Source of the DNA: Candidatus Coprovivens sp.
GTDB taxonomy: Bacteria > Bacillota_I > Bacilli_A > RF39 > UBA660
DNA: 64,000 nucleotides
NCBI GenBank assembly: GCA_045654965.1
Contig: JAZOOK010000184.1
Coordinates: forward strand, 2,111 to 66,110
Reading direction: 5' to 3'
Both the position numbers and the translations under genes were made by a program. This document shows, in pieces, positions 50,421 to 60,863 of the stretch (positions are counted from its first letter, which is position 1; each line of letters starts with the position of its first letter). The notes under the pieces were generated by a model. The model did not search any database. It saw only the letters and a list, made by a program, of their open reading frames with translations, and was not told the DNA's origin.

Positions 50421-50864
50421 TTATTGTTTTTTTAATGTTACTTTAACTTCTGCTATTACTTTTTTGTGTAACTCTATTTTTACGTTATGAGTACCTAAGC
50501 AATCTATAGCATAATCTAAGTTAATTTTTTTCTTGTCTATGTTAAAACCTTTATTTTTTAGTTCTTCACATATTTGTTTTGATGAAACAGTTCCAAATAC
50601 TTTGTCTTGTTCACCTGTTTTTACTTTTATTACTACTTCTGTAGTTTTTAATTTTTCTGCTATTTGCTTGCATTCTTCGATATATGCATCTTCAGCAGCC
50701 TTTCTTTTGTCTAGTTCTCTCGCTAAATTCTTTTTACTTTCAGTATTAGCGGCTATAGCTAGACCATTTTTTATTAGGAAATTTCTAGCATAACCATCAC
50801 TTACGTCAATGATTTGATCTTTTTTTCCTTGTTTTTTAACATCTTGAAGTAAGATTACTTTCAT
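50421..50864 (-). CDS. rplI: 50S ribosomal protein L9
   Basis: [16 protein letters not shown]; start at MKV. Confidence 0.9.
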   Translation of the reverse strand: MKVILLQDVKKQGKKDQIIDVSDGYARNFLIKNGLAIAANTESKKNLARELDKRKAAEDAYIEECKQIAEKLKTTEVVIKVKTGEQDKVFGTVSSKQICEELKNKGFNIDKKKINLDYAIDCLGTHNVKIELHKKVIAEVKVTLKKQ

Positions 50865-50998
50865 ATAGTTCACTCCTTTTCATCAAATGTCTGTACTTAA
50901 TTATATCATTTTTTGACATATTTATAAAGGGTTAGACATACTTGGTTTTTATACTTGTTTATTTTAACACAATTAAAAATAGAAGCAATAAAATACTT

Positions 50999-52270
50999 CT
51001 ATATTCTATGTCTTCTATTTATATATTCCATTATAATGTGTTCATCATTAGGTAATCTATTGGTTACTACTAATTTTGTAACATCATCTAGTATCAATTT
51101 TATTCTTTTACCTGAATATCCTAGTTCTACTAATTTAGAACCGTTTAACTCTAAATTATTAAATCTAAGCATGTGTTCTTTATATAAATCTTCTAATATA
51201 GCTAGTTCTTCTAATACAGGTGTTGCTTTTTCAGGATTTTGACTCAAATTATCTGCTCTTTTTAATTTAAATAATAATAGTGTATAGTCAAAACCATGTA
51301 CTTTAAGGAATTCATATATATTATCAGACTTTTTACTTAATTTTGAATCATGATCTTTGATAAGTCTTGATACTAATTTTTTTGTTTTATTATCCATTTT
51401 TAGTCTTGTTGCTACTGACGAAAATATTTCTTCACTCTTTTCCGGATGACCGTAGAAATGACCTATTCCTTTTGCATCTGTAAAGAACTTAGATGGTTTA
51501 CCTACATCGTGAAATAGCGCTGCAAATCTTAAGAAAATGTTTTTTTCAGTATTTTCTAATACAACAAGTGTGTGTTCTAGTACATCATATATGTGCCAAG
51601 GATTTTTTTGATCAAATTGATACATTGGTTTTAGTTCAGGTAATATTTCAAAGAATATTGCTAGATTTTCTCTAATATAATGAGAAGGATTATCAGTAAT
51701 GAGTATTTGAATTAGTTCTCTATATATTCTTTCTACAGCTACATTATTTAGTAATCTCTTTTTAAATTCCATTTGTGTATGACAATTGCTGTCTATTTCA
51801 AAATTCATTTTTGCTGCTATTCTTATTCCTCTTAGAATTCGTAAAGGATCTTCTTCGAATGCTGTACCTTGTTTATCTATAAGACTTATTGTTTTATCTT
51901 TTAACGATTGTATCCCATTATACGGATCAATTAAGTCACCATTTTTGTCTAAGGCCATTGCATTGATAGTAAAGTCTCGATTATATAAGTCTTCTGCAAT
52001 GGTTTTTCCCTTAAATTCAGATATTTCTATTTCTAATCCATCTAATCTAATAACACCAGTATTACGATGATTATTTGGTTTCATTAAATGGAATTTAGGA
52101 TACATTTCTTTTATAAGATGGAGAGGCATATTAGTACATATATCATAATCACTGTTTGGTTGATTTAAGATAGCATCTCTTACCGCCCCACCTACTAAGT
52201 AAGCTTCGTATCCGTGTTCATTTATGGTTGATAATAGATTTACTATTGTTGGATTAATAGATAACTTCAT
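50999..52270 (-). CDS. cca: CCA tRNA nucleotidyltransferase (PolyA-polymerase head + HD domain)
   Basis: GGAVRD...DYD nucleotidyltransferase motif; HD domain (ALFHDVGK). Confidence 0.8.
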   Translation of the reverse strand: MKLSINPTIVNLLSTINEHGYEAYLVGGAVRDAILNQPNSDYDICTNMPLHLIKEMYPKFHLMKPNNHRNTGVIRLDGLEIEISEFKGKTIAEDLYNRDFTINAMALDKNGDLIDPYNGIQSLKDKTISLIDKQGTAFEEDPLRILRGIRIAAKMNFEIDSNCHTQMEFKKRLLNNVAVERIYRELIQILITDNPSHYIRENLAIFFEILPELKPMYQFDQKNPWHIYDVLEHTLVVLENTEKNIFLRFAALFHDVGKPSKFFTDAKGIGHFYGHPEKSEEIFSSVATRLKMDNKTKKLVSRLIKDHDSKLSKKSDNIYEFLKVHGFDYTLLLFKLKRADNLSQNPEKATPVLEELAILEDLYKEHMLRFNNLELNGSKLVELGYSGKRIKLILDDVTKLVVTNRLPNDEHIIMEYINRRHRI

Positions 52271-52354
52271 AATATGACTTCCTTTCTTAAAATAATTATA
52301 ACATAGGAGATTATAATGAAATACGTGTTATTTAGCAAGTTTTACATATGATTA

Positions 52355-52386
52355 TTGGTAAAAATATAGATAAATAGTGATATAAT
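52355..52386 (+). promoter_or_regulatory. Sigma-A promoter of murD-murC
   Basis: TTGGTA, 17-nt spacer, extended -10 TGaTATAAT; ~20 nt upstream of the murD RBS GAAGGTGA. Confidence 0.55.
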
Positions 52387-52405
52387 TTTATATGAAGGTG
52401 ATTTT

Positions 52406-53740
52406 ATGTTAAAAAACAAGAAAGTCTTTATTCTTGGTATGGCAAGAAGTGGATTTGAAGCCGCTAAGATATTAGCGAATGATAATACAGTATTAGTTAC
52501 TGATATGAGTGAGCAAAATCCTGAACAAGTTAAAATACTTGAAGACTTAGGTGTAAAAATAGAAATAGTTAAGGATCCTATTGATTTACTTGATGATACT
52601 TATGATGTAATGGTTAAGAATCCTGGTATTAAGTATGACCATCCTACTGTTGTTAAAGCTAAAGAGTTAGGAATAGATGTAATCAATGAAGTCGAATTAG
52701 CTTATGGGTATATGAATAAAGATGTAAATATTATTGGTGTTACTGGTTCTAATGGTAAGACTACTACTGTTACATTAATATACAATATAATGAAAGAAGC
52801 TGGATTACCTGTTTATCTTGGTGGTAATATAGGTACTCCATTATGTAATTTTGTTAAAGATATTAAAAGTAATGAATATTTAGTTATGGAGATATCTGAT
52901 CATCAATTATGTGATATGTATGATTTTAAAACAAATGTTAGTGTTTTAACTAATATATATGATGTACATACTGATTTTCATGATTCACATGAAAAATATG
53001 TTATGACTAAAAAGAAAATATTTAATAATCATACTCGTGATGATATTGCTATTATAAATTTAGATAACAAAGAAGCAGTTGATGCTTCTGAAGAGATTCT
53101 AAGTAATAAGTATTATTTCTCTAAGAATAGTAAACAACGTGTTTATTTAGAGAATGACGCTATATATTATGGGGATGAATTAGTTATCGAATGTAAAGAT
53201 ATTAAGTTAAAAGGTGTTCATAATTATGAGAATATAATGGCAGTCATTAGTGCTGTTAAGGTATATAATGTTGATAACGAAAGTATTTGTAAAATACTTA
53301 AGACATTTGGTGGTGTAGAACATAGAATAGAATATGTTACTACAATAGATGGTGTTGATTATTATAACGATAGTAAAGCTACTAACTGTGAATCTACTAA
53401 GATAGCGTTAAAATCATTTAATCAACCTACTTTACTTCTTTTAGGTGGATTAGATAGAGGACACTCTTTTGATGATTTAACTCCTTGTATGGGCAATGTT
53501 ACTTATGTTGCTTGTTATGGTGAAACTAAAGCAAGAATTAAAGAATATTGTGATAGAATCGGTGTTGCTTGTGGTGTATTTGACACTTTAGTTAACGCTA
53601 CTAATGCATGTTATGAGAAAGCTGTAGAAGGAAATGTGGTATTATTAAGTCCTGCATGTGCTTCTTGGGACCAATATAAAAAGTTCGAAGATCGCGGAGA
53701 TGAATTTAAAAATACAATTAGAGGTTTTAAGGGGGAATAA
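52406..53740 (+). CDS. murD: UDP-N-acetylmuramoylalanine--D-glutamate ligase
   Basis: N-terminal Rossmann; GVTGSNGKTTT P-loop. Confidence 0.9.
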   Translation: MLKNKKVFILGMARSGFEAAKILANDNTVLVTDMSEQNPEQVKILEDLGVKIEIVKDPIDLLDDTYDVMVKNPGIKYDHPTVVKAKELGIDVINEVELAYGYMNKDVNIIGVTGSNGKTTTVTLIYNIMKEAGLPVYLGGNIGTPLCNFVKDIKSNEYLVMEISDHQLCDMYDFKTNVSVLTNIYDVHTDFHDSHEKYVMTKKKIFNNHTRDDIAIINLDNKEAVDASEEILSNKYYFSKNSKQRVYLENDAIYYGDELVIECKDIKLKGVHNYENIMAVISAVKVYNVDNESICKILKTFGGVEHRIEYVTTIDGVDYYNDSKATNCESTKIALKSFNQPTLLLLGGLDRGHSFDDLTPCMGNVTYVACYGETKARIKEYCDRIGVACGVFDTLVNATNACYEKAVEGNVVLLSPACASWDQYKKFEDRGDEFKNTIRGFKGE

Positions 53741-53742
53741 AT

Positions 53743-55125
53743 ATGTCTCTTAATATAAAAGATTATAAAAAAATATATATGGTAGGTATTGGCGGTATCA
53801 GTATGAGTGGTATTGCTTTAATACTTAAACGTTGGAATTATATAGTTAGTGGTAGTGATGGTGTATCATCTCTACAAACTGATTGGTTAATAAAGAATGA
53901 TATTCATGTGAATATCGGTCAAGTGAGTGATAATATTACTAGTGATATAGATTTAGTAGTATATACTGCTGCTGTTAAGTTAGATAATCCTGAATTAGTT
54001 AAAGCTAAAGAATTAGGTATACCTATTGTAGAACGTGGTGAATTCTTAGGAGAAATTACTAAGTTATTTAAAGATACTATAGGTGTTGCTGGTACTCATG
54101 GTAAGACTAGTACTACTAGTATGGTTACTTGTGCATTTATTGAAGCTGGATTAGATCCTTCAATACAAGTTGGTGCTAATTTACAAGTTTTAGATAATAC
54201 TAATTATAGAGTTGGTACTAGTGATTATTTCGTAATAGAAGCTTGTGAATATTGTGAGAGTTATTTAAACTTTGTACAAAGAAGTGCTATTGTACTTAAT
54301 ATTGATAATGATCATTTGGATTACTTTAAAAATATTGATAATATAGTTAAGAGTTTTGAAAAATATGTTTCTCTATTACCAAGTAATGGATACTTAGTTT
54401 TAAATAGAGATGATGAAAGATGTTATAATTTAAGACATAGTAGTAAAGCTAATATAATTACTGTTGGTAGTACAGATGACGCTGATTGGACTTACAAGAA
54501 TGTAACATTTGATGATGATGGATATCCTACATATGATGTGTATAAGTCTAACGAATTTATGGGAAGTATTACCTTAAAAGTAGCAGGTATTCATAATGTA
54601 TTTAATAGTTTATGTTGTGTTGCATTATGTGATGCTTATGGTATAAATGTTGAAACTGTTGCTAAAGCATTAATTAAATTTACTGGAGCTTCTAGAAGAT
54701 TAGAATATAAAGGTATGTTAAATGGAGCTAAGGTATATGATGATTATGGACATCATCCTACAGAGATAATGGCTACAGTTAATGGAGTTAAAAACAAGAA
54801 ATATAACGAGTCTTGGGTAGTATTTGAAGCACATACTTATAGTAGATTAAAAGAACATTTACATGAATTTGCTGATGCATTACAACATTTTGATCATATT
54901 ATAATGATTGATATATATGCTGCTAGAGAAGTTAATACTTACGATATTCACGAAAGTGATTTACTTGATGAATTAAATAAACTTGGTAAGGAAGCTATTC
55001 ATATTAGTAATCATGATGAAGTTATTAATTACTTAAAAGATAATGTTACCGATGGAGATGTAATTATTACTTTAGGTGCTGGTAACGTTACTAAAATTGC
55101 AAACAAAATAAAAGAGATGAACTAA
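53743..55125 (+). CDS. murC: UDP-N-acetylmuramate--L-alanine ligase
   Basis: GVAGTHGKTSTT P-loop; Mur ligase C-terminal domain. Confidence 0.9.
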   Translation: MSLNIKDYKKIYMVGIGGISMSGIALILKRWNYIVSGSDGVSSLQTDWLIKNDIHVNIGQVSDNITSDIDLVVYTAAVKLDNPELVKAKELGIPIVERGEFLGEITKLFKDTIGVAGTHGKTSTTSMVTCAFIEAGLDPSIQVGANLQVLDNTNYRVGTSDYFVIEACEYCESYLNFVQRSAIVLNIDNDHLDYFKNIDNIVKSFEKYVSLLPSNGYLVLNRDDERCYNLRHSSKANIITVGSTDDADWTYKNVTFDDDGYPTYDVYKSNEFMGSITLKVAGIHNVFNSLCCVALCDAYGINVETVAKALIKFTGASRRLEYKGMLNGAKVYDDYGHHPTEIMATVNGVKNKKYNESWVVFEAHTYSRLKEHLHEFADALQHFDHIIMIDIYAAREVNTYDIHESDLLDELNKLGKEAIHISNHDEVINYLKDNVTDGDVIITLGAGNVTKIANKIKEMN

Positions 55126-55178
55126 AATAGTTCATCTTTTTTTATATAAAAAAAATACTCATTTCTGAGTATTAATTT
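55111..55178. terminator. Back-to-back terminators (murC on plus, rpsR on minus)
   Basis: GATGAACTaaaatAGTTCATCttttttt (plus) and, on the minus strand, AATACTCAgaaaTGAGTATTtttttt. Confidence 0.6.
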
Positions 55179-55179
55179 A

Positions 55180-55395
55180 TTACTTAACGTATGGAAGTAA
55201 TGCCATATATCTAGCCCATTTAATTTGTTGAGCTATATGTCTTTGATGTTTTGCACATGCACCAGTCATTCTACGAGGCATGATTTTTCCTTTTTCATTA
55301 ACATATTTAGAAACAATCATAACATCTTTGTAGTCAACACTTTTACCAGCACACATTTGGCATATTTTCTTCTTTTTACGATAAAATTCAGCCAT
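55180..55395 (-). CDS. rpsR: 30S ribosomal protein S18
   Basis: Recognised sequence (DYKDV...MPRRMTG). Confidence 0.9.
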   Translation of the reverse strand: MAEFYRKKKKICQMCAGKSVDYKDVMIVSKYVNEKGKIMPRRMTGACAKHQRHIAQQIKWARYMALLPYVK

Positions 55396-55413
55396 GATTT
55401 AAATCCTCCTTTT

Positions 55414-55857
55414 TTAGAATGGTAGGTCGTCATCACTTAGTGCTACTTCACTAGCAAAATCTTTATATGGATCTTCACTAATATCAGTAGTTACTATATC
55501 GCTTCCGGCACCTACGAAATTATTGTCGCTTGCAGATGCACCTCTTCCACCAAGGAAAGTTACATTATCTGCAATTATTTCAGTTACGTATCTTTTAGTT
55601 CCGTCTTGTGCGTCATAACTTCTAGTTTGGATTCTTCCTTCAACAGCTACTTGTGTTCCTTTTGTACAATATTTAGAAATATTTTCAGCTTGTTTTCTCC
55701 AAGCTACACAATTTATAAAATCAGTTTCTCTTTCACCATTTTGGTTAGCATAGTTACGAGATACTGCTACTGTAAAACTTGTTGAGTTTAATCCGCTTGC
55801 AGTTGTACGCATTTCTGGATCTCTTGTTAATCTTCCGATAATTATAGCTTTATTCAT
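55414..55857 (-). CDS. ssb: Single-stranded DNA-binding protein
   Basis: OB fold; acidic C-terminal tip DDDLPF. Confidence 0.9.
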   Translation of the reverse strand: MNKAIIIGRLTRDPEMRTTASGLNSTSFTVAVSRNYANQNGERETDFINCVAWRKQAENISKYCTKGTQVAVEGRIQTRSYDAQDGTKRYVTEIIADNVTFLGGRGASASDNNFVGAGSDIVTTDISEDPYKDFASEVALSDDDLPF

Positions 55858-55865
55858 AATTCATC

Positions 55866-56156
55866 TTACTCCTCATCTAATCTAACAATTAAATGTCTTA
55901 AAATGTTTTCATCAAGTCCAGCTTTACGGCTTAATTCAGCTTCTACTTCTTTAGCAGCTTCGAATTGCATTACAAAATAATAACCGTTAAGTTCTTTCTT
56001 GATTGGATAAGCTAATTTCTTTTCGCCAAGTTCTTTGTACTCAACTACGTTACCTTTTAAATCAGTAACAACTTTTTTCATGTTTTCAGCAGTAGCTTTA
56101 ACATTTTCGCTTTCCATAGTTGCTTTTACGATAAACATCATTTCATATTTGTTCAT
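55866..56156 (-). CDS. rpsF: 30S ribosomal protein S6
   Basis: Start at MNKYEMMFIV; the track ORF extends 17 codons upstream. Confidence 0.9.
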   Translation of the reverse strand: MNKYEMMFIVKATMESENVKATAENMKKVVTDLKGNVVEYKELGEKKLAYPIKKELNGYYFVMQFEAAKEVEAELSRKAGLDENILRHLIVRLDEE

Positions 56157-56279
56157 TGTGTTACACCTCCTTATGGTCTTTTCGGCTTTATATCCAGTAT
56201 AAAGCAAGGAGTAAATTTCTTACTCGCCTCATATTTTAGCACATTAGTTTCTACTTGTAAATAAAAAATAGGCAAAAGC

Positions 56280-57386
56280 CTATTTTGTTACATTAAATCT
56301 GAAATAGCAGATGTCTCCATCTTTCATTACATATTCTTTTCCTTCTAAACGTAGTTTTCCAGCCTCTTGTACAGCTTTTTCACTACCTAGAGTAGCTAAG
56401 TCTTCGTAAGACATGATTTCTGCCTTTATGAATCCTTTTTGGAAGTCTGTGTGGATAACTCCTGCACATTCTGGAGCTTTCATTCCATCTTTGAATGTCC
56501 AAGCTCTACACTCATCTTCTCCAGATGTAAAGAATGTTTTAAGTCCTAATAAGTCGTATGTTGCTTTAATTAGTTGATCTAACCCTGATGCGTTAAGACC
56601 TAAATCTTCCATGAATGCTTTTCTTTCTTCATCTTCATAATCAGAAAGTTCGCTTTCTAATTTAGCACACATTACTATTACTTTAGAACCTTCTTTATTA
56701 GCGTATTCTTGTACTAATTCTGTATATTTGTTACTTCCTACTATTGCGTCTTCATCATTTACGTTTGCAGCATATATTATTTTTTTAAGTGTTATGAAGT
56801 TGAAACCTGAGATACATAATAATTCATCTTCTGTATATTCTACATTACGAAGTGCAGAACCTTGTTCTAATGCTTCTTTTGATTTTCTTAATGCTGTTAG
56901 TTCTAGTACTGCGGCTTTATCTTTAGTAGTTTCTGCTTTCTTTTCTATTTTACTAATTCTATTCTCTACTATTTCTAAATCTGCTAATATCAACTCAGTG
57001 TTGATTATCTCTATATCTCTTATTGGATCTATTTGTCCTTCTACGTGAGTTATTTCACCATCTTCAAAGCATCTAACTACTTCTACTATTGCATCTACTT
57101 CTCTAATATGTGATAGGAATTTATTACCTAGACCTTCTCCTTTAGATGCTCCTTTTACTAATCCAGCTATATCTGTAAATTCAAAAGTAGTTGGTACCGT
57201 TTTCTTAGGATTATACATTTCTGTTAATTTGTCTAATCTATAATCTGGTACTGTAACTACTCCTACGTTTGGTTCTATAGTTGCAAATGGATAGTTTGCT
57301 GCTAATATATTTTTCTTTGTTATGGCATTAAATAATGTTGATTTACCTACATTTGGTAATCCTACTATTCCGGCTTTTAATGACAT
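56280..57386 (-). CDS. ychF: Ribosome-binding ATPase YchF
   Basis: G1 motif [12 protein letters not shown]; TGS-like C-terminus. Start at MSLKAG with RBS GAGGTG. Confidence 0.9.
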   Translation of the reverse strand: MSLKAGIVGLPNVGKSTLFNAITKKNILAANYPFATIEPNVGVVTVPDYRLDKLTEMYNPKKTVPTTFEFTDIAGLVKGASKGEGLGNKFLSHIREVDAIVEVVRCFEDGEITHVEGQIDPIRDIEIINTELILADLEIVENRISKIEKKAETTKDKAAVLELTALRKSKEALEQGSALRNVEYTEDELLCISGFNFITLKKIIYAANVNDEDAIVGSNKYTELVQEYANKEGSKVIVMCAKLESELSDYEDEERKAFMEDLGLNASGLDQLIKATYDLLGLKTFFTSGEDECRAWTFKDGMKAPECAGVIHTDFQKGFIKAEIMSYEDLATLGSEKAVQEAGKLRLEGKEYVMKDGDICYFRFNVTK

Positions 57387-57445
57387 TTTAATACACCTCA
57401 ATTCCTAGACTATTATATAAAAAAACAATTGAATGTTCAATTGTT

Positions 57446-58981
57446 TTATGTTGCTATATATCCATTTATACCTATTGGTAATCCAACTAGATACCATCCT
57501 ACTACAAGTAGTAATAAGAATATACCTATACATACTCCATAAGGTACTTGATATTTTAAAGTTCTAAATAAACTTATAGGTTCTTCATTTTGATTATATT
57601 TTTCTAAGTATGCTATATAGATTGTAAAATATGCTAATAATGGAGTTAATCCAATTGTTGCACTTTCAGCAAATCTAGCTATTACTTGAGAAAATTCTGG
57701 ACTTAAACTATTATTCATGAATAATGGTACTGCTACTGTAGAAATTACTGCCCATTTTGTTGCAGAATTTGGTACAAAGAATGTAGCAATTGCTATTATT
57801 ACAAATAAACCTATTATTAGAGGTATTCCACTTAAAGACATTCCTTCTAGTAAATTAGCTAAACTAATTGTTAATACCGGACCAATATTAGTCTTTTTAA
57901 AGACGTTAATTAATATTGAACCTAGGAATATTAAAATTAATGTTCTACCAGTTCCATCTAGTGAATGAGTTAAGTCTTCACAGAAATCGTTGTTATTCTT
58001 TATTGTTTTAGCTCCGATTCCATAGAATAAACCAAGAATTATAAAGAACATTGTTACTATGAATACGAATCCATTACTGAAGAATGAATCGTGACTAAAT
58101 AGTTTATCTATGTAAAATGATTGAGTATAATCTAGTAGGTTTCCTGAGAATGGTAATCCAGGAATAATATTATATATAAAGATAAGTAAGTAAAGTACTC
58201 CAGCTGATATAGAGAATAGTAATCCACGGTATTCTCTTTTGCCTAGTCTTAATTCTTTTCTTTCTTCTTTATACTCGTATTTTTCTACATTTCTTATACT
58301 ATATCTTTCTGTGATTATTGTTATAAGAATAGAAACTGTTATAACAGCAAATAACATTATAAATACGAATGCACCTGTTGTTAATACATAGTTTGGATCT
58401 ATTCTATTAGCGTTTGCTAATGTGTATCTTAACATTTCACTATCTACCGCTGTAAATAAGAAGTTTAATCCACTTCCTGCTGTTAAACCAGCGTATGCAG
58501 CTACTATTCCTAGTAACGGATTTCTTCGACCATAACTAAATAGTAATGCTGCTAGCGGAATCATTATTACATATCCTAAATCTCCTGTGATACTCATTAG
58601 GACACTTAATAATACTATCCAAAATGTAATTGTATATTTTTTGCAAAATTTGGTTAATATTGTGAATGCTGTTTTTAAGAAGCCACTCTTTTCCATTATA
58701 CCTATTCCAATAAGTATGATTATTAGCATACTTAATGGGGTAAATGCAGTAAAGTTAGATACTGTTGAAGTAAATATGTATTTAATTCCACTTAAACTAA
58801 GTAATGATTCTACACTTTCTGATGTAGCAACATATTCACCTGTGGTAATATCTATCTTATTGTAGGTTGCTTCAAACCCTATTAAATTTAAAAATCCACT
58901 TAATACTATTGTAATCAGTATTAGTATTAGGAAGGTCATAACGGGGTTTAAAGTAATCTTTTCTTTAAACTTATTCATCAT
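57446..58981 (-). CDS. AbgT-family membrane transporter
   Basis: 511 aa polytopic; the N-terminal region (SLLSLSGIKYIFTSTVSNFTAFTPLSMLIII) matches the AbgT/MtrF/YdaH family pattern. Confidence 0.6.
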   Translation of the reverse strand: MMNKFKEKITLNPVMTFLILILITIVLSGFLNLIGFEATYNKIDITTGEYVATSESVESLLSLSGIKYIFTSTVSNFTAFTPLSMLIIILIGIGIMEKSGFLKTAFTILTKFCKKYTITFWIVLLSVLMSITGDLGYVIMIPLAALLFSYGRRNPLLGIVAAYAGLTAGSGLNFLFTAVDSEMLRYTLANANRIDPNYVLTTGAFVFIMLFAVITVSILITIITERYSIRNVEKYEYKEERKELRLGKREYRGLLFSISAGVLYLLIFIYNIIPGLPFSGNLLDYTQSFYIDKLFSHDSFFSNGFVFIVTMFFIILGLFYGIGAKTIKNNNDFCEDLTHSLDGTGRTLILIFLGSILINVFKKTNIGPVLTISLANLLEGMSLSGIPLIIGLFVIIAIATFFVPNSATKWAVISTVAVPLFMNNSLSPEFSQVIARFAESATIGLTPLLAYFTIYIAYLEKYNQNEEPISLFRTLKYQVPYGVCIGIFLLLLVVGWYLVGLPIGINGYIAT

Positions 58982-59165
58982 TTCCTCCGATTATTTTTTT
59001 TAATTTTTTATCAAATTCTAATCTATCCATCATTATTTCACGATTACAATTGACACATTTAATCTTTATATCAACACCCATTCTTGTTATTTGCCATTTA
59101 TTGGTTTGACAAGCGTGAGGTTTTTTCATTTCTACAATATCCCCCAATTTGTAGTTATTTTTCAT
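58971..59165 (-). CDS. DUF951-family small protein (YyzM-like)
   Basis: 64 aa (GDIVEMKKPHACQTNKWQITRMG...CVNC); conserved neighbour of ychF in Bacilli. Confidence 0.6.
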   Translation of the reverse strand: MKNNYKLGDIVEMKKPHACQTNKWQITRMGVDIKIKCVNCNREIMMDRLEFDKKLKKIIGGNDE

Positions 59166-59184
59166 ATTGTTTCCTCCATTTTAC

Positions 59185-59976
59185 TTAGTATTTAGGACTT
59201 ATATCAGCTAATGCTAGTTCTTCTAATATTATTTTGTTAGCGTCTCTTTTGGCTTGTATTTGTTTATCTCTAACACAACTGAACTGTACTAAATATTTAA
59301 TGTGTGATGAAGCTATTTCATTTACTCCTTTATATTCTATAGAATTTTGATTTATATTTTGTACTGTTTCTAATCTTGGAAGTATCTTTTTAGTAATAAC
59401 TTTTTCTACTTGTTTTAATTCAGTAGCATGAGGTATTGCTATATCTATGGATACTACTTGTTCTTTTTGAGATAGGTTTATTAGTTCTAATATATTCCTA
59501 TTAGCTATTACCATTACTTCTCCAGAAGAACTCTTTATTTTAGTACTTTTTAATCCGAATTCTACTACTTCGCCAGTAAATGTTTTATATTGAACTATGT
59601 CGCCAACAATAAAATAGTTTTCAGTAATTATACTTATACCATTTATTAAGTCTTTAAAGGTATCTTGTAGAGCTAATCCAATGATTGTAGCTGCAATACC
59701 TAAACTGGCAACAATTCCTCCAATATTTACGCCATAAATACTAAATATTGCTAATACAGCAAATATTAGTATAATGTATTTTATTATATTTTGGAATAAG
59801 TTTGTAACTGTTCTTCTTTTTTTTCTTTCATAATGATTTTGCCCGTAATTTATTATTTCATTAAGAATGATAGTAGCAGTACGATACAAAAAGTACGATA
59901 CTGCTATTGTTACTATTACTCCATATACTTCTTTTTTTGTTAGAACGTTTAGTATTCCTTTAAGAATATCTATCAT
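59185..59976 (-). CDS. MscS-family small-conductance mechanosensitive channel
   Basis: Three TM helices plus the conserved MscS beta-domain (GDIVQY...GEVVEFGLKSTKIK..SGEVMVIANR). Confidence 0.75.
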   Translation of the reverse strand: MIDILKGILNVLTKKEVYGVIVTIAVSYFLYRTATIILNEIINYGQNHYERKKRRTVTNLFQNIIKYIILIFAVLAIFSIYGVNIGGIVASLGIAATIIGLALQDTFKDLINGISIITENYFIVGDIVQYKTFTGEVVEFGLKSTKIKSSSGEVMVIANRNILELINLSQKEQVVSIDIAIPHATELKQVEKVITKKILPRLETVQNINQNSIEYKGVNEIASSHIKYLVQFSCVRDKQIQAKRDANKIILEELALADISPKY

Positions 59977-60863
59977 TATTCACCATCCATACTAATTCCC
60001 AGTATATCAAGAATTCTATCTAGATCATTATCTGAGTCGTATGGAATTTCGATTTTCTTAGTACCAATTTTTACTTTAGTACCAATTCTTTCTCTCATTA
60101 TTGTTTCGTATATTGTATGTCTTGCATTATATACTGGTTCCCTTTTTATTTTATTCTTTTTAGGCATATTTTCTGAACTAGTTAACTTTTCTGTTTCTCT
60201 AACGCTTAGACCTTCTTCAATGATTAGGTTTGCTAATTCATTTATTTGGTCTGGATCAGATAGTTTACTTAGTACTCTAGCATGTCCCATGCTAATTTTG
60301 CCTTCTCTTACGTATTTTTTTGTTTTTTCAGGTAATGATAAAAGTCCTAATATGTTTGTTATGTAACTTCTACTTTTACCAAATTTCTTAGCAGCATCTT
60401 CTTGTGTCATGTTGTTTGATTCTATTATTTTAGCTAAAGCTTCTGCTTCTTCGATAGGATTTAAGTCTTCTCTTTGAATATTTTCGATAAGAGCTATTTC
60501 CATCATTTCTTGATCAGTAAAGTCTCTTATGATAGCTGGTATTGTTTCTTTTCCTGCCATTTTTGAAGCTCTTGTTCTTCTTTCACCAGCAATGATTTCG
60601 TATCCCTTTATACTCTTTTTAACAATGATAGGTTGAATTACACCATGTTCTTTGATGCTATCTGCAAATTCTCTTAAAGATTGTTCATCAAATTCTTTTC
60701 TTGGTTGATATGGATTACTTCTAATTTCAGTTAGAGGTATTTCAACTATATCACTATCTTTTGTTTCATTAACTATTTTCTTTTCGAAATTATCAAAATC
60801 TATTACTTCGTTTGAAAACAGTTGTTCTAATCCTTTTCCTAGGGCCTTTCTCTTATTCTCCAT
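59976..60863 (-). CDS. parB: Chromosome partitioning protein ParB/Spo0J
   Basis: ParB box (GERRTRAS), HTH, 295 aa; start overlaps the parA stop. Confidence 0.9.
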   Translation of the reverse strand: MENKRKALGKGLEQLFSNEVIDFDNFEKKIVNETKDSDIVEIPLTEIRSNPYQPRKEFDEQSLREFADSIKEHGVIQPIIVKKSIKGYEIIAGERRTRASKMAGKETIPAIIRDFTDQEMMEIALIENIQREDLNPIEEAEALAKIIESNNMTQEDAAKKFGKSRSYITNILGLLSLPEKTKKYVREGKISMGHARVLSKLSDPDQINELANLIIEEGLSVRETEKLTSSENMPKKNKIKREPVYNARHTIYETIMRERIGTKVKIGTKKIEIPYDSDNDLDRILDILGISMDGE

